DNA from: Torpedo marmorata
Lineage: Eukaryota
Length of the DNA stretch: 64,000 nt
Reading direction: 5' to 3'
Assembly: GCA_977017645.1 (NCBI GenBank)
Contig: OZ360229.1
Coordinates: 37,758,001 to 37,822,000 of the forward strand
Made by a program: the position numbers and the translations under genes. The notes under the pieces were generated by a model. That model saw only the letters and a program-made list of their open reading frames with translations. It made no database searches and was not told the origin of the DNA. Below, in pieces: positions 39,621-52,879 of this stretch. Every line of letters begins with the position of its first letter. The first letter of the stretch is position 1.

Positions 39621-42160
39621 GGTCAGGGAAATAGTAGTGGAACCGAAAGAAACATTTCATAGAAAACCAAGAGACGATGTAATGCAATTTGGACATTTTA
39701 TTTATTAAGAATTGTCTGTTTGTGCGCTTTGCACGTAACTGCCGCCCAGCTCTCTGCAAAGTGAACAAATTATCCAAAACCCAAGAATAGTGTGCGAAGC
39801 AACTCTATCATTTAGCAGATTAATCGTTAACTTTTAACAGAAAACGAACACATTTTAAAAATGCTTTCAAGATATTTTTAAAAAACTAAAAGACACATGC
39901 TTCTTTTGGGGGATCTGTTCAAACCCTGAATGGCGACAACTCGTTTAAAGTTTGTAAGTGGCCTGGACAATGGAAGTAGGCAATCGCGGCGGCAATAGGC
40001 GTTATCTACCTTTTTCTACCGACCGGGATGTTGCCGGAGGGCCTGTTTTAAATCTGAATGCACAGAGCAGTTAGCGTCGCTTGCGGCTCCTGCAAACTAT
40101 TCGGAAAAAAGCTGCCCACCTTAAGGCGGACTGCTTGTGCGAGTCTCCAGGTCTGTCCAAAGCCTATGAGACTCGTCGACTCCCCCAAAGAAACAAAATG
40201 TTGCAGTTAATTGTTGTTCAGATTACATATAGAAAAATGAATGAAATTTAAAAAAATATTCAGAGGCACTTGCTTCTGGAGAATATGTGATGGTACCGGT
40301 AACAGTAAAATTAAGATTCTACGCTATAGTCGGCACATCAGTATTTTAGCAACGGGTAACTGCAAAGCAGAGATATTTAACAAATTATTTCAACAATAAA
40401 GAGGATATCTTCTATTGGTGTACTTATTTGAATCTTAGACGGTACTCCGTTAAAGGCTCTATAAAAGGCTAACGTCCTTTTTGGAACCGGCTCCTTTGTA
40501 TTTTTCTCTGTGCATCCGTACTATTGCCTCACTTAACTTCTGCAGGTAGAAATGCTCTCCAAACCATAGTAATCTGCAACAAGAAAATGTTTAAATTCCA
40601 ACAAGTATCTGTAAATTTGTAAATCCCAGTCTGAACATTAAATGCGGAATTACAAAATGTTACTTACATGATAGTAACATTAAATTGTAAATTAGCAGGT
40701 GGAACTAATATGATACTGCGTTCCTTTTTAGCTCTGGAACGGCTTTTGTTTTATTTCTTGCGCGATAATTAGTTGGATATTGTAGAAATATTCATTTGTG
40801 AGAATTTTGTCTGCGTTATTTTACACTGTTCTGGGGTAAGCTATTGGAACGTTTATAAATAGCCGTTCGGACTCAGTGCAGATGAAACAGGCGGTGAGGT
40901 GTGCTGGGGAGTTGATACTGTCTTCGGTTTAATTAACAGGGATGTGGATCGAAACAATAAACAAATCTCAGGACAGTAATTAAACGTCAGCATTACCTGT
41001 ATTCTCGGCGGTGTTGAAAATATCTCGTCTTCACCCTAACGTCACCCTAACGTATGGTTAGCCGCAATGTTAGTACGTAATAAAGTTTGGGTCAGTTGTA
41101 ATGACCATTTCGTAACGGCATTGCCACAGGGGGTAGCTAATTTACATTTCAAATCCCCAATGTGCAGTCTGTATATGATGTTCTAGGGTGTTTTAAAGTT
41201 GAAATGTAAAATCTCAAATAATATTAGAAAACTTTCCGAAACAAATTACCTGAAAGTTTTGAGCTGTGTACGATAAGAACTGTACTAAATGGGACAAAAG
41301 AACACGGCCTTTATGGCATTAAGGATATGAACCAGGTACAGTGCGATACAAATTTTAGACACTAGAAACTGGGCTCGGCTTGGCAAGCGCATCTGCGAAC
41401 ATCGCAATTTACACTCCCACGATTTAAACAGAATGCTGTTTCAATCTTTTGCTATTGACAAGAGATATTTCCTTGACTTCTATCAGAATTAATTGTCCAT
41501 TTTAATATCTGTATCAGAAATGGTTCTGTGTGGAGGAGGGACCTAATCGGGCAGTGTGATTATACACTTGTAAGTAGGAGTGTCCTGGTTTATGACAGAT
41601 TAATATTTGTGAGTCATGATTTTTTAAAACAATATACATCTTTAAAATACAGTGTGTGAAAGCGGAGTGTCAGAAAGCGGTGGGGTGAAAAGGTGGTCCA
41701 CAATACTCAATTGCACAGATATTAGCGCATCTCATTGTTGTAAGGATATAAATCACATTATGGTTGATACACGTGTTAAATGCAAGAGAAAAAACACCGC
41801 TTTGCAATTGGGGTTGCGAAAATCACCATGGTAAATAATGATAAGAATACTGCAGGCATCCTTCTGTCTGCTCGAGCGCTCAGCATTGTCCTTTGTAAAC
41901 ATCTCAGCCAAGGACTGCGCCTTTAAAATCAAAACTCTCTGATCTTTAGTAAGACAGCTTCCCGATGAAGGTCAGGTGATCCGAGCGTTGAAAATAAATT
42001 GCACGAAGAATATCCTCAATATTTCAAAATGTTTAGAATTTGTCAGGTGCAAGCAATCAATATATGTTTATGAAGAACTGGTACTAGGGAACATTTACAC
42101 ACTTTCTTATATATTGGTGCCTCTCCATGTTTCAATGTCTAACTTGCAGCTGCACAATTT

Positions 42161-42273
42161 TAGATACTTTGATGAAGGTCTCAAGCCCGAAACGTCAGTT
42201 ATGTATTTCTACCTTTGCTACATAAAGGACGCTGTTTGACCTGCTGAGCTTCTCCAGCATTTTGTGTTTTTAC
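42161..42273 (+). mobile_element. Penelope-terminus fragment with hammerhead-like core
   Basis: tttgatga-aggtctcaagccc-gaaacgtc followed by gctgtttgacctgctgagcttctccagcattttgtg, homologous to 16403-16510. Confidence 0.7.
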
Positions 42274-45200
42274 AATTTTATCATGGTTGGGATTGGGCAA
42301 AGGGTTTATTTCTTGATTTTTAAGCTATTAGTCTGAAATAAGTCGTTTCCAAATCGTTGTTTAAGAACATTTCACTGGATAACGAGAACTTGCGCCCTTC
42401 CCAAATAACATCTATTTCACCTCTCCTACTTAAGGATAGACAATCCTGGAAAAGTTCTGAGTAAAACGATTATCAGCATATATCAAATTAAAATGATCAC
42501 ATTCACATCAATGCGTACAAGAGATGTTAAAGAGTGTAAATACACAAGAACGTACACACGTACTTGGATTTAGAAAGATATTTACAGTTTCATTGCACAC
42601 ACATGATCTAACGTTATTTCATTTTAAATAAAAGTAAAATATTTTGACAGCAGATATAAAACCGGTGTAATAAATAAGGGGAAGGGGGAATGGTCAGAAT
42701 TTTTCAATAATAATTATATATAAACACTTTGCGTGGCATCAAAGGGAGAATAGAAATGTCTCCACAACAAAAGGCTGCGGTCCACAAAAGTACGTCAGTG
42801 GCTATTTAAAAAGCAGAATGTAACAGTAAGGAAACTCCAATATTTAGAAAAATATGGACACAATTCCCAGTTCCTCTATTCCTAATCCTAATATTTGGAT
42901 GATGGTGGAGGGGGCGGGGGTTGGGGGAGGTATGGTGAGGGAGTGGGTAGGCGGGATGTTGAAGAAGAATGGATTGTTTATACAACTAAAGCAGTGGTTC
43001 TCTTTTTTAAAATCAAACATTTAAAGTCTTTTTGTCAAGAGAAACCTTAGTCATGTATAAGGTTTTTAAATTAGAATGGATTCGGACATCTTTTATTAGA
43101 TTTATCCAAATTCATCAATTGACGCGAGACAAATCCACTTTCCAGTCACTAGTCCGCTGAATACTTATGTAGCTTCGCAAACTGTTAGACTTCAGTTACT
43201 CAAAAGTAGTAACATTCGAAAGGTCTTCTTGAGATGAACCCCAGGAAATAATACATCAAAAGTAGTGTTTATTCTCAATATTTTCTGTATTCTTCGAATA
43301 ACAATGGGGGTTCTGTAGTTTTGAAATCATTGCATCCTTGCAAATGATTTTTTTTATTACTTCATTGATTAATAATCACCTGAAGAAATCCGCGTATCTT
43401 TTGTAAACAGTTCCCATCTGATTTCAATTTTTGATATTTGCTATCAGTTATTTTAGTTTTTGCTATCCTTACGTTTCCATGTTTCGATGCTGTTAACGTT
43501 AGTTTATCTTTCTTCACGTACAGCGATTTGATGTTACCTAATGTTTGTTATTTCTATTATCTGTTTAAAATATTACTGGCTTCTGTAACTAACTTTCAGT
43601 GCCGATTGTTGTGTTTTCTGTTGAAAATGTGTACATGATTTGATTTTCACCCTGCTTGCCCGTTCTCAGTGTCAGCTTTGAGGGACATTCACAGATTGAA
43701 GATCTCACATTAAAATCAATTGAATTCTCCCGTTGTCGCCTGCAGCAATCCCCGGCTTTTTGTTTTGTTGTTGGACAGAAGGAGGGGAGAAGAGGTTGTG
43801 GACGAATCTTATCGCCTTTGGAAAGGCTAGAATTCATTCTTTTAACCGTTTTAATAAAACCAACCATTAAATTATTTTGGTTAGCAAATCCCATTTTCAC
43901 TGTCACATGTTCACTGATATAGTACTTGGATATTTCCGCGCTAAGACAATCGAATTGGTGCTGTTACATTCATTAGCCTCTTACCAAACATGAATTATTT
44001 TTCTGGTATGGCATGTCTCCGATAACTGATTTTAATGACTAACATTCATTCAAACTAACCCGCCCCCTCCCCTCCGCCTCAAACGCGCGCACACGCAAGG
44101 ACATATCCGGGATGCAATAGTCAGAGGCAATATCTAAATGTGGAGAGAAAATCAGCACTCGGTGAAGTAAAACATGCATTCGAAATATATTCAAAATAAT
44201 TTGTAAAATTAGAAGTTCGAAAATCAGATTCGAGGCACTTATAAAAGTCATCTTCTGTTCAAAGATCACACCGGTTAGCTCTACATTTGTTTCAAAGACA
44301 AACGTATTAACATTAAACTGCGCGTGTTTATTTTTTAAAGGGTCGAGCCTCTTTCCTGCTTGAAGTTCTCTCGTTTATGGATATGCACTGGGGTACAATG
44401 TTGCTTAACATTTCCCCGCCCCGGCTCAGAAACACTGTGAATCGGTGTCACAGCGACACCCTGCGGAACAACTACGGTTCATTGATTGAAATCTTAAATT
44501 TTGTCTTGGTAACTTTTATTTAAACGTTTAAAAGTCTACACACTAGTTCATCATTGGGAAAGGTCAGAATTTACAGGCACTTCATGTTAATTGAGAAATT
44601 ACTTATTGCTTTCAAAATCCTGAAGTCAAATTTAACTTCAGACTTCCGTGTAAATGGTCCGTGAATACTTACAATTATTTTATGAACGAGTGAACAATTG
44701 CAGAATCGCGTTGCTTTATTTTTTACAAGTTATTTTGTTGTCTGGCTAACACGGCAGAATCTGACCGTGTGTTAACGTTTTGGTCATTGTTTTGCTGCAT
44801 AGTAAATCTGACTGAAATATTTAAGGCCATACACAGTCGGGAAAAGCCACTGGAGTTTTCAAAGGGATTCAAAACGACCAACACTTGAGAGCTTGAGAAC
44901 GTCAGAACTTCCGAGGCAGTGTAAAAAATCACCTGAAGAAGACAACACTGGTTACAAGTTCATGGTAAGAATTCACATTCCAAAAATCCCTGGGAAAAAA
45001 TGGAATCTGCTGGGAACTTTATAAAGATCTAATTTTCCAAGTGAAGGCCTGAAATTTGCCTGTAGGCTCTTGACATTAAAAATTAACCGCTCAAGTTTAG
45101 AGTTCTGTTTGTGCATTCAAGCACAGCTCCTTTGTCACTAACCTCAATGTAACTCGTGGAAAAGACGTGGTACAAAGCCACTCTGCTTCCCCGAGGGTTT

Positions 45201-46214
45201 AGCAGCCCAGCCTTTTGCCGCTTCCGCTTTGCATCAGTTACAGAACTTCCAAATCTCGCCAGCAATTTATTGAACCATTAAAGTTTATTACCGGTCCAGA
45301 TTTTGTTGTTAAAACAACGATGAGTGTAACGGCGATCGCATTCATTTAAGCTTATATGGTAAAGTGACTTAGGACTTTATATGCAATTAAATGTCAATAT
45401 CAAAGAGGCGATCCCAGTTCTGCGGCTGCGCCACAGTGTTTTTTAAACCAGTGGAATACTTTATGTCTGTGACGTTGCTGTGTTTGCACAGTGGAATTTG
45501 TAATGAAAGAACAAGTCACACAATTTCAACCGTTGATGCACATATAGAATTATGATAAGGATAATTAGCATGTCGTCTTTTTGAAACTGGTCATTAAAAG
45601 TACGGAATCTCGTATTTTAATTATTATTGTTAAAGCCATACAAGTCTTCAAATTAAAGTTATAACGCGTTTTAATTTTCCTTTGCCTATTTTACTCATGT
45701 TATTAATCAAAATTTCCCGTCTACGCATCTTGCTGTAGCTGAATCGGCAATGAGCAATTTACACTTCATTCTTCGAAATTTCTATGTTTATTTTGCAACT
45801 TTCAAATAGATCATTTAAAATACAAAATTATTATGCAAAGTCAGGTCTCAAAAGGCGAGTTCTAACTACTGCATTCGCAACAGGTTGCAATGTCAGAACC
45901 TTGCCACAGCATAATACTAAAAAAAAAAATCTAAATATGAAAGGGGAAATACGATTAATTGTAAATGCCATTAGATGACGTCCCAGCGCTGTTATTTTCC
46001 TTTAAAAAATAACTATTAATGGCCAGGAACAACTTCCATTTATTTGACACTAATACATAAAAATATGCAAGGTGCAAAAGAATTATCAGACAACATTTCA
46101 CTCCATAAAAGATATTGCTTTCAATTTTGAGCGTGCAATCAGATCAGCATCAACAGCGCTCTTTATCAAATGAAACAGTTAACTCGCCTGTGCACTTATA
46201 GAACTGGTGCCAGC

Positions 46215-46555
46215 TTCAGATTTCAGATTTATTGTCAGAGTACATACATGACATCACATACCACCCTGAGATTCTTTTTAAGCGAGCGAGTCAGAATTAC
46301 CACTTATTGGTAGTGCAAAAAAAACTGTACCCAGCGTATTCATGTAAACAAATAAAGAACTGTAAACAGATAATGAATGTACACAAACCGACTGTGCAAT
46401 ACAGAGAGAATAAAAAAACATTAAAGTGCACAAGTAAGAATCCTTAAATGAGTCCCTGATTGAGTTTGTTGTTGAGGATTCTGATGGTGGAGGGGTAGCA
46501 GCTGTTCCTGAACCTGGTGGTGCGAGTCTTGTGGCACCTATACCTCTTTCCTGAT
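46215..46555 (-). mobile_element. Rex1/Babar-like LINE 3' end
   Basis: SGKRYRCHKTRTTRFRNSCYPSTIRILN C-terminus, then a 3' UTR ending gacaataaatctgaaatctgaa. Confidence 0.85.
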
Positions 46556-47283
46556 GCAAAGAGCTTCAAGTGCAAATGTAACATTAAATAACCAGAATGA
46601 AACTGAAAACCAAAAGTTGTCTGATATGTGTTTATTGAGTCGTAAACGAACCAACCTGTACTGCAATCAGAACACAACTTGAGGACCGTATTCAGTTCTG
46701 GTCTCAGGGTTTGTGATCACGTCAGTGCAGATAAGAACCGTGAGGCTGACCCCTAGTGTTAGAGGTTTGACATGAGGAAAGCTTGGTCGAACAAGATGTC
46801 CCAGTGCTCGCATAATGAAAACACGCAAGAAAAGAGAAATCTGAACAATATTTGCAAATTAAAATAGAATAGAAGTAAAGGCCACAGGTTTAAACTATAT
46901 TAAAATAACACTTGGCTAATGTCAGAAATAGTCTTCTTCATGGGGTGATGAACACATTGGTTAAAACATTAGAGAAAAGAGAGAAGCAACAATTTTCTGC
47001 GATGGGAGGATGTTAGAGTTGCTTCGGATTAATGACGAAAATTAACAAATGTCTTCATTTCTGGGGTTGGTTATGTGAAGATTATTTTGAACACCAACAA
47101 TAAAGCAATTGCACAGGATCCCTACCATTACCAAATTATATAACACCCTAAATGGAGAAGTTGCTTCATCATTTCTACTTCAAATGTATTTTATTTACTG
47201 CTCACCATCACCTTTTCAGAGCAACTAGGAAACTAATAAATGAAGCCCTACCTGTATCGGTGTCAGTGCTGCGCAATTGCTCA

Positions 47284-47726
47284 GCAAAAGGAGATGTAAG
47301 GCGCTCCTTCCGTCCGATAGCCTACAGGTCACCCTTGGGCAAGGTGTAGTACCTGTTTAGCCTCCCAATCAGGGTCACGTGAAGCCATGGATTGCAGATG
47401 GTGGATGGTTTTTACAAGCAGATTCTACAAAGTGGAATTTATGGTTGTAAAACTAAAAACGCTGGGCAGATGAACCTGCTGATCAATGGCCAGGGTTACC
47501 CGTCCAGTATGGACACTGCAACTGAAGAAGGCAACGGGAAACCACTTCAGTATTTTTCCCTTGTATTATCATGAACTCAACATCGACTACGGTCTCAGCT
47601 CAAAGATGGAGCCTTCACCGAAGGAGAACAGGGGAGGCAACAACTACAATTCGGAGGGTCAGAGATCGTGACGGATGGAGAGACATGATCGCCCACGCCG
47701 AACGGCAAGGCACCTGAATGAATGAA
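47284..47726 (+). mobile_element. Non-autonomous RTE-related retroposon (bipartite)
   Basis: The 3' end encodes an RTE-like terminus DRDGWRDMIAHAERQGT* followed by (tgaa)n. Internal gaagaaggcaacgggaaaccacttcagtatt resembles the Bov-A/RTE 5' motif. Confidence 0.65.
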
Positions 47727-49935
47727 CTGGTATCGATCCGATCCCACGAACAAATTTGAGGAAATATCCTTAATGGCTCTATAGAAGTTGCAATTTTACT
47801 TGTTTGCATTGGGTTAAACACTTGGATTTGGAGATATTTTAACGTAAATGTAAAATAATGTATTGTGTTAAATGAGGATGTCACTTTTTTCAAAATGTGC
47901 ACGTAGTTGAGTCAATTCCTCGCCTCTATTTAATTGGCTGATCTTAATTAAGGTTTGCATTCAGGAATCCTATAACTGACCGCATTGTCCATGAATAAAC
48001 AAGGTGACGATTGTTCATCATATTCTAAGACAGAACTAGTCCTGGCACGTGACATACTGTCAATATCCCCCATCCAGGATAGCATGAATCACAAATACTG
48101 AAAGGCCGTAGCCATTTGCAGAACTATGTCGGACATAAAGAGTTTTGAGCTGAGGAGAACGATCTCAAATGTTTGACCTTGAGTGTTCTGATTGATAAAC
48201 TAAACTGTGCGTGCATTAAACTTGCAACAGAACTCATACCAGATACTCGATTCCAAGATATAACTATAAGAGTTTGGCAGGAGGATGAACCATATGAGTA
48301 ATACATGCAGTTAATTTTCCACCTGAATTCCATTTCACAAAGTTAAAGGAACTTACTGATTCGAGATGGTATTTGCAGATACTAATTGAAGATTTATTTG
48401 ATTTTCTCTCTGTCCATTTGTTTTTATTTCTTACTGTGAACAGATGAACAGACTGTAATGGTTGTAATCGAACAACAAGGGTATAATTTAATTGGGAGAG
48501 TTAGATGATATCATAACCACAAGAAGAAAACTAAAATATTTTATGGATGCCACTTCAAAATCAGGTTTAAATTATATCCCTATAACTCAATCCAGACCAT
48601 ATATTATTTTTACTATTCGTGTGTATTGAATTTCAGTGAAACAAAAATAGTGCACTTGTCATTTAGGAGCAGAGTCAGAATGGCAACGTTTGAAGATTAT
48701 GAAAGGCTGCTATCCCAACGTATGATTCGTGCTGCATCTAGGCCAGTGTCTCGTCATACTCTATTGCACTTGTGCGAATGTATGACCCTTCTCCGCCTTG
48801 ATACATCGCGAAACTCCAGCAATGAGCAGGTCTCAGGTGGGTACTGTTAAGGGCTTTCTTCTGGGAAGGACTTGCCGGCCTTTAACTGCCGGCAAACCTG
48901 GAGGTGAGCTTTGCCTTCGTTAAAGTTAGCAATGGATTTTGAAATGTTTCTGACATCTAGAACAATGAAAATAATGTAAATAAATTTTAAGAGTTTCAAA
49001 ACGTTAAAATTAACTGAAAACCATAAAAACACATAAAATGAATGGGGTGTGCGATCGGAGCGGCATTCTGTCTTGAAGGATGGGGCAACGCCGGGATTTG
49101 CCGCTGGACTTCACGAAGCGCAGGGTCCCACTGACCACAGCGAGAATGGCCGATGCTGCCGGCTCCCCATTACCAGACCCAGCACCATGAATCAGTCCAT
49201 TGAGCAGGTTGTTACACCGTTGAGAACTGATGTTTCAACGACTGAACTTTGTAACTCAAACAACAACACTTTGGGTGGATATAATATTGGTTTTGTTTAT
49301 GGGTCTAATATTTATTCTATTTCTCCCCTTAATTTCTCTTACTTATTTTAAAAATATTTTTATAGAGGCTAGGACTCCTTTTCTACTGGAACCTTGTCAG
49401 CTTTCCACCTGTAAGGCCTTGTACCTAAGATATTCGGGCAAAGGCATCAGAGCAAAGCTGGCTCCTGATCAACACTTGCATGCATTTCAGAAGTGGCCAC
49501 TGGATGTTTTTCAAGAGTGAGGTGCTGAAAACGCCAAGCAATGGGGTCAATCATGCTGAGTGTGCCCTCAGTTGAGAGTTGTTTCCTGTGTCTCTCTGTA
49601 CCCGCATTTACCAGGACAGAGGAGGACCTTATTCAACGGCTCTCTGCATTCCTGGGTCTAAATGGCGATTGGGCCAAAGGCAGTGAGGAGCACCTGAAGC
49701 TCCTGGAACAAGAAAGTAAAGCCCTTACTGATTTTAGCAGTTTTATGTCTGACATAGAATATCTATTAAAATTGAAGAAAATAATTTTGAAAACACCAGA
49801 AATCACAATGATTTAAACACCGAACATATAAAATAATTAAGAAAATCAGTTCCTTTAACCTCAATATCTGCATATGTTAAAATCAGTGCGGTTATGGATC
49901 CAGTGGCATACTCTGGCGAAGCACCAATAGCCTGA

Positions 49936-50157
49936 AAGACAGCACCAATAGCCTGAATACGACTGGGATTGTCTGATCGCGGAAGCTAAACAGGCACAGG
50001 GCTGGTCAGTACTTGGAGGGGAGACCGCATAGGAACACTATGTGCTGTAGGTTTCTGTGAGGGGCGCTTGACAAAGTAGACAAAAATTAAAGAATTTCAT
50101 GTATGTTACATTCTAAATGTAGTATTACGTTCCAATAATGGAACCTTTAACCTTTAA
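49936..50157 (+). mobile_element. 5S rRNA-derived SINE (SINE3-type): diverged 5S head plus LINE-like tail
   Basis: 49936-50054 aligns by eye to 5S rRNA (gtctgatcgcggaagctaaacagg...ggctggtcagtacttggaggggagaccgc...gtgctgtaggttt). It is followed by a non-5S body ending caataatggaacctttaacctttaa. Confidence 0.85.
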
Positions 50158-50689
50158 GTACTATGATAACCCAATCTGCCCTGCCTTGCCCTCTCAGTAA
50201 GTCCCGAACTCAGTCCATGACTTCGGCTTGAAAGGCGAAATGCCCACAATTCCAGAGCAATACGATTCAGTTTGTTTTATTCTTTTGTAACTCACTATTT
50301 GTCGTAATTAACAAATAAGCCCGAGGACTTATCACGACCCATAGTTTTCTTTATTCTGTCGGGATTCTGCACTTGTGCTGACAATAACATTACCAAAAAG
50401 TTAAAGTTTGTCAAATACTGCAAGTCACAACCCAGGCTAATGGCTAATGGAGTCGCCTGGCCAAGCTTACTGACATTTCAATTCTATGTGAATGTGTGAG
50501 TTGTGAATAGATGGGATATAGTGGGAAAATGTGGTTATTCATTTTGCTAGAAAGAATGGAGAGGTGAAAAACTAGTGAATGTAGATGCACAGAAGAATCT
50601 TAGTACATAAACTTAACATGAAGATAAACTGCTTCAACATTCAATAAAGTCATGGTCAACCTTTTATCTCAGGACCACGTAAGGGGATA

Positions 50690-50962
50690 GCAGTGGAGTT
50701 GTTGCCTTGTAGAACTGGAGTTCAATCGTGACCTTGGGTTCTGCCTGCATAGACATTCACCTAGTGACTGTGTGGGTGCTCTAGTTTCCTCTCACGTGCA
50801 GGTTGGTAGTAGAACTGACCACTGTAACTTGCCCTAGTGTGCAGGTGAGTAGTTGATGAGAATATGGGGAGATTTTTTTTTAAATGGGGTTAATATAGGA
50901 TTAGTGTAAATGGGTGGTTGGCGCTAAAGGACCTGTTTCAGTGCTGTATCTTTTTATGACTC
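50690..50962 (+). mobile_element. Old V-SINE
   Basis: ggagttcaatc B-box, degenerate V-domain, tail ggacctgtttcagtgctgtatct. Confidence 0.7.
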
Positions 50963-50964
50963 AA

Positions 50965-52440
50965 TATATTTATTAATCCTATGTCCATTGATTCTCTTAA
51001 TATCTAAAAACAGACATCTAAAAACCTATCTATCTCACTCCTTAATATACTCAGCATCAGCCTCCAGAGCCTCCTTGGGACAGAATTCTCAATGTTCAAT
51101 ACCTATTCCTTAGTTTGAGATGGTGTTTTCTAGTCCAATACACCCATCCTGAAGAAATATCAACTCCAAATTGATCCTGTCATGCTCCATAAGAATTCTG
51201 TGAATTTCAATGAGATCCTTTTGTTTATAAAAAATGAGAAATGGAGTAGAGACTCAGTCTGCTTAGTCTTGCAGATAATCAAGTAATCTGCAGATGCTGG
51301 GGTCTAATGCAGTACACAAATGTGCTGAAGAAACTCAGCAGCTAATGCAGCATCCACGGAAAGCAAAAGGCAGTCGACATTGACTGCCTTTTACTTTCCA
51401 TGGATGCTGCATGACCTGCTGAGTTTCTCCAACACTTTTGTGTACTGCTTAGTCTTGCCGCTGACTCAAACTTGCCATCTCAGGAATTAAACAGGTGAAC
51501 CTTTGATGCACTCTTTCTATTGCCGGTATCTCATTCCTTAGGTAAGCAAACTAGACCTTCCACCATATTCCAGCTGTATTCTAACCAGAATTCCATGTAA
51601 TTGGAGCTAGACATCTCTACTTTTATATTCAAATCCTCTTGCAATAAAGATCAATATGCATCTTGCTGTCCCAATTTCTTACCTGTATATTAACATCCTG
51701 GTCCATTCAAATACCAATATCTCTGAGTCCTTCACTCTTTAAAAAATACTCTTCATTTCTGCTTATTTTCTGCCAAACTGAGCCTCACACTTTCCCCCAT
51801 ATTCCAGTTTGTCCTTGTCCATTTGTTCAACCTGAACATATTGTCCCTCCATCATCCTTTTAGTCCCCTTTGTTGAATAGCATATCATCATCAGCAGATG
51901 AATAAATCACACTTGATCTCCTTATGACTCAATGTATTTATTAATCCTTTGTCTTAAGCTTGTGAATAGCTGGGCTACGGCACCAATTACTTGGGCTTCC
52001 AGCCTGAAAATGGTATTTGTATTCCCACTATTTTCTGGCTGCTGACCAATCCTCAACCTAGACCCACCAAACCACCCACCAAAACCACACTTTGTTTAAT
52101 AACCTCTTATCTAGTATCTTATCAAAGACTTACTGAAAGCCCCAAAACATTTCATCAATGGGTTCTCCCTTTTTCATTCTGCGAGTCATGCCAAAAATTC
52201 CAATGGATTTGTCAAATGCTATTTCCCCTTATATAAATCCATATGACTTTTACCCAATCATTATTATTATCTGTGCCCCATAACCAGTTCTATATTTATT
52301 TATTCCAGCATTTTCTGCAGTGTTAGTACTAGGTTAATTGATTCCATATTTTCATGATTTATCTCACCTTTTCATAAATCATTGGCCTATAGTTGCAACT
52401 CTGTGGGAACTTTTCCAGAAATAATGGGATGTTGTTAATG
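50965..52440 (-). mobile_element. Degraded CR1 ORF2/3' remnant
   Basis: Reverse complement carries CR1 RT motifs (atctgctgatgatg = ADD-like; ttgacaaatcc; tttgataaga). Confidence 0.65.
51273..51448. mobile_element. Palindromic Penelope-terminus-derived element with 14-bp flanking duplication
   Basis: Inverted arms at ~51309-51377 and ~51380-51448. Direct repeat ctgcttagtcttgc at 51259-51272 and 51445-51458. Confidence 0.85.
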
Positions 52441-52879
52441 GAGTCTCAGCCTTGCACTTAGCCATCAGAGATGAAGTTCTTGCACTCTTTGTGGTTGAGA
52501 GCAGAGACTACAGGGTGGATTAGCAAATAGGCCACACCACAGCACCATTGGACAGGGGGTTAATCAAGTTGGAGAAATGAAAATTAATGTAATGGTAATA
52601 GAGAGATCATAGATAGGGGAATATATGCAGTTCTCCACAGGTGTGAGAATAGTCTCAAAGGCCTACCATCAGCCCAGAACTAGATCTCCTTGGGGCTGGA
52701 GAGAAATTTTAAATGGAAAGAAAAGATGCTGAATGTAAACATGCAAGCACAGCAAGTAAATATGAAGGCATATAAAATGTTGGTGTTTATTACTAACAAA
52801 GTGGATTTTCTTAATTAGTTTATTGGGCAACAGCTGCCAATAAAAGGAAAGTATGCTCAAGTGGAGTGACCATTATTGG

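Noticed and set aside
45083-45265. Minus-strand frame ending ...STSYIE|gttagt as a diverged exon 1a
   Set aside because: No ATG and no similarity to MLWKLVENVKYEDIYE beyond the last residue.
49936-50054. Functional 5S rRNA gene
   Set aside because: Many substitutions, a single copy, and fused to a retroposon tail.
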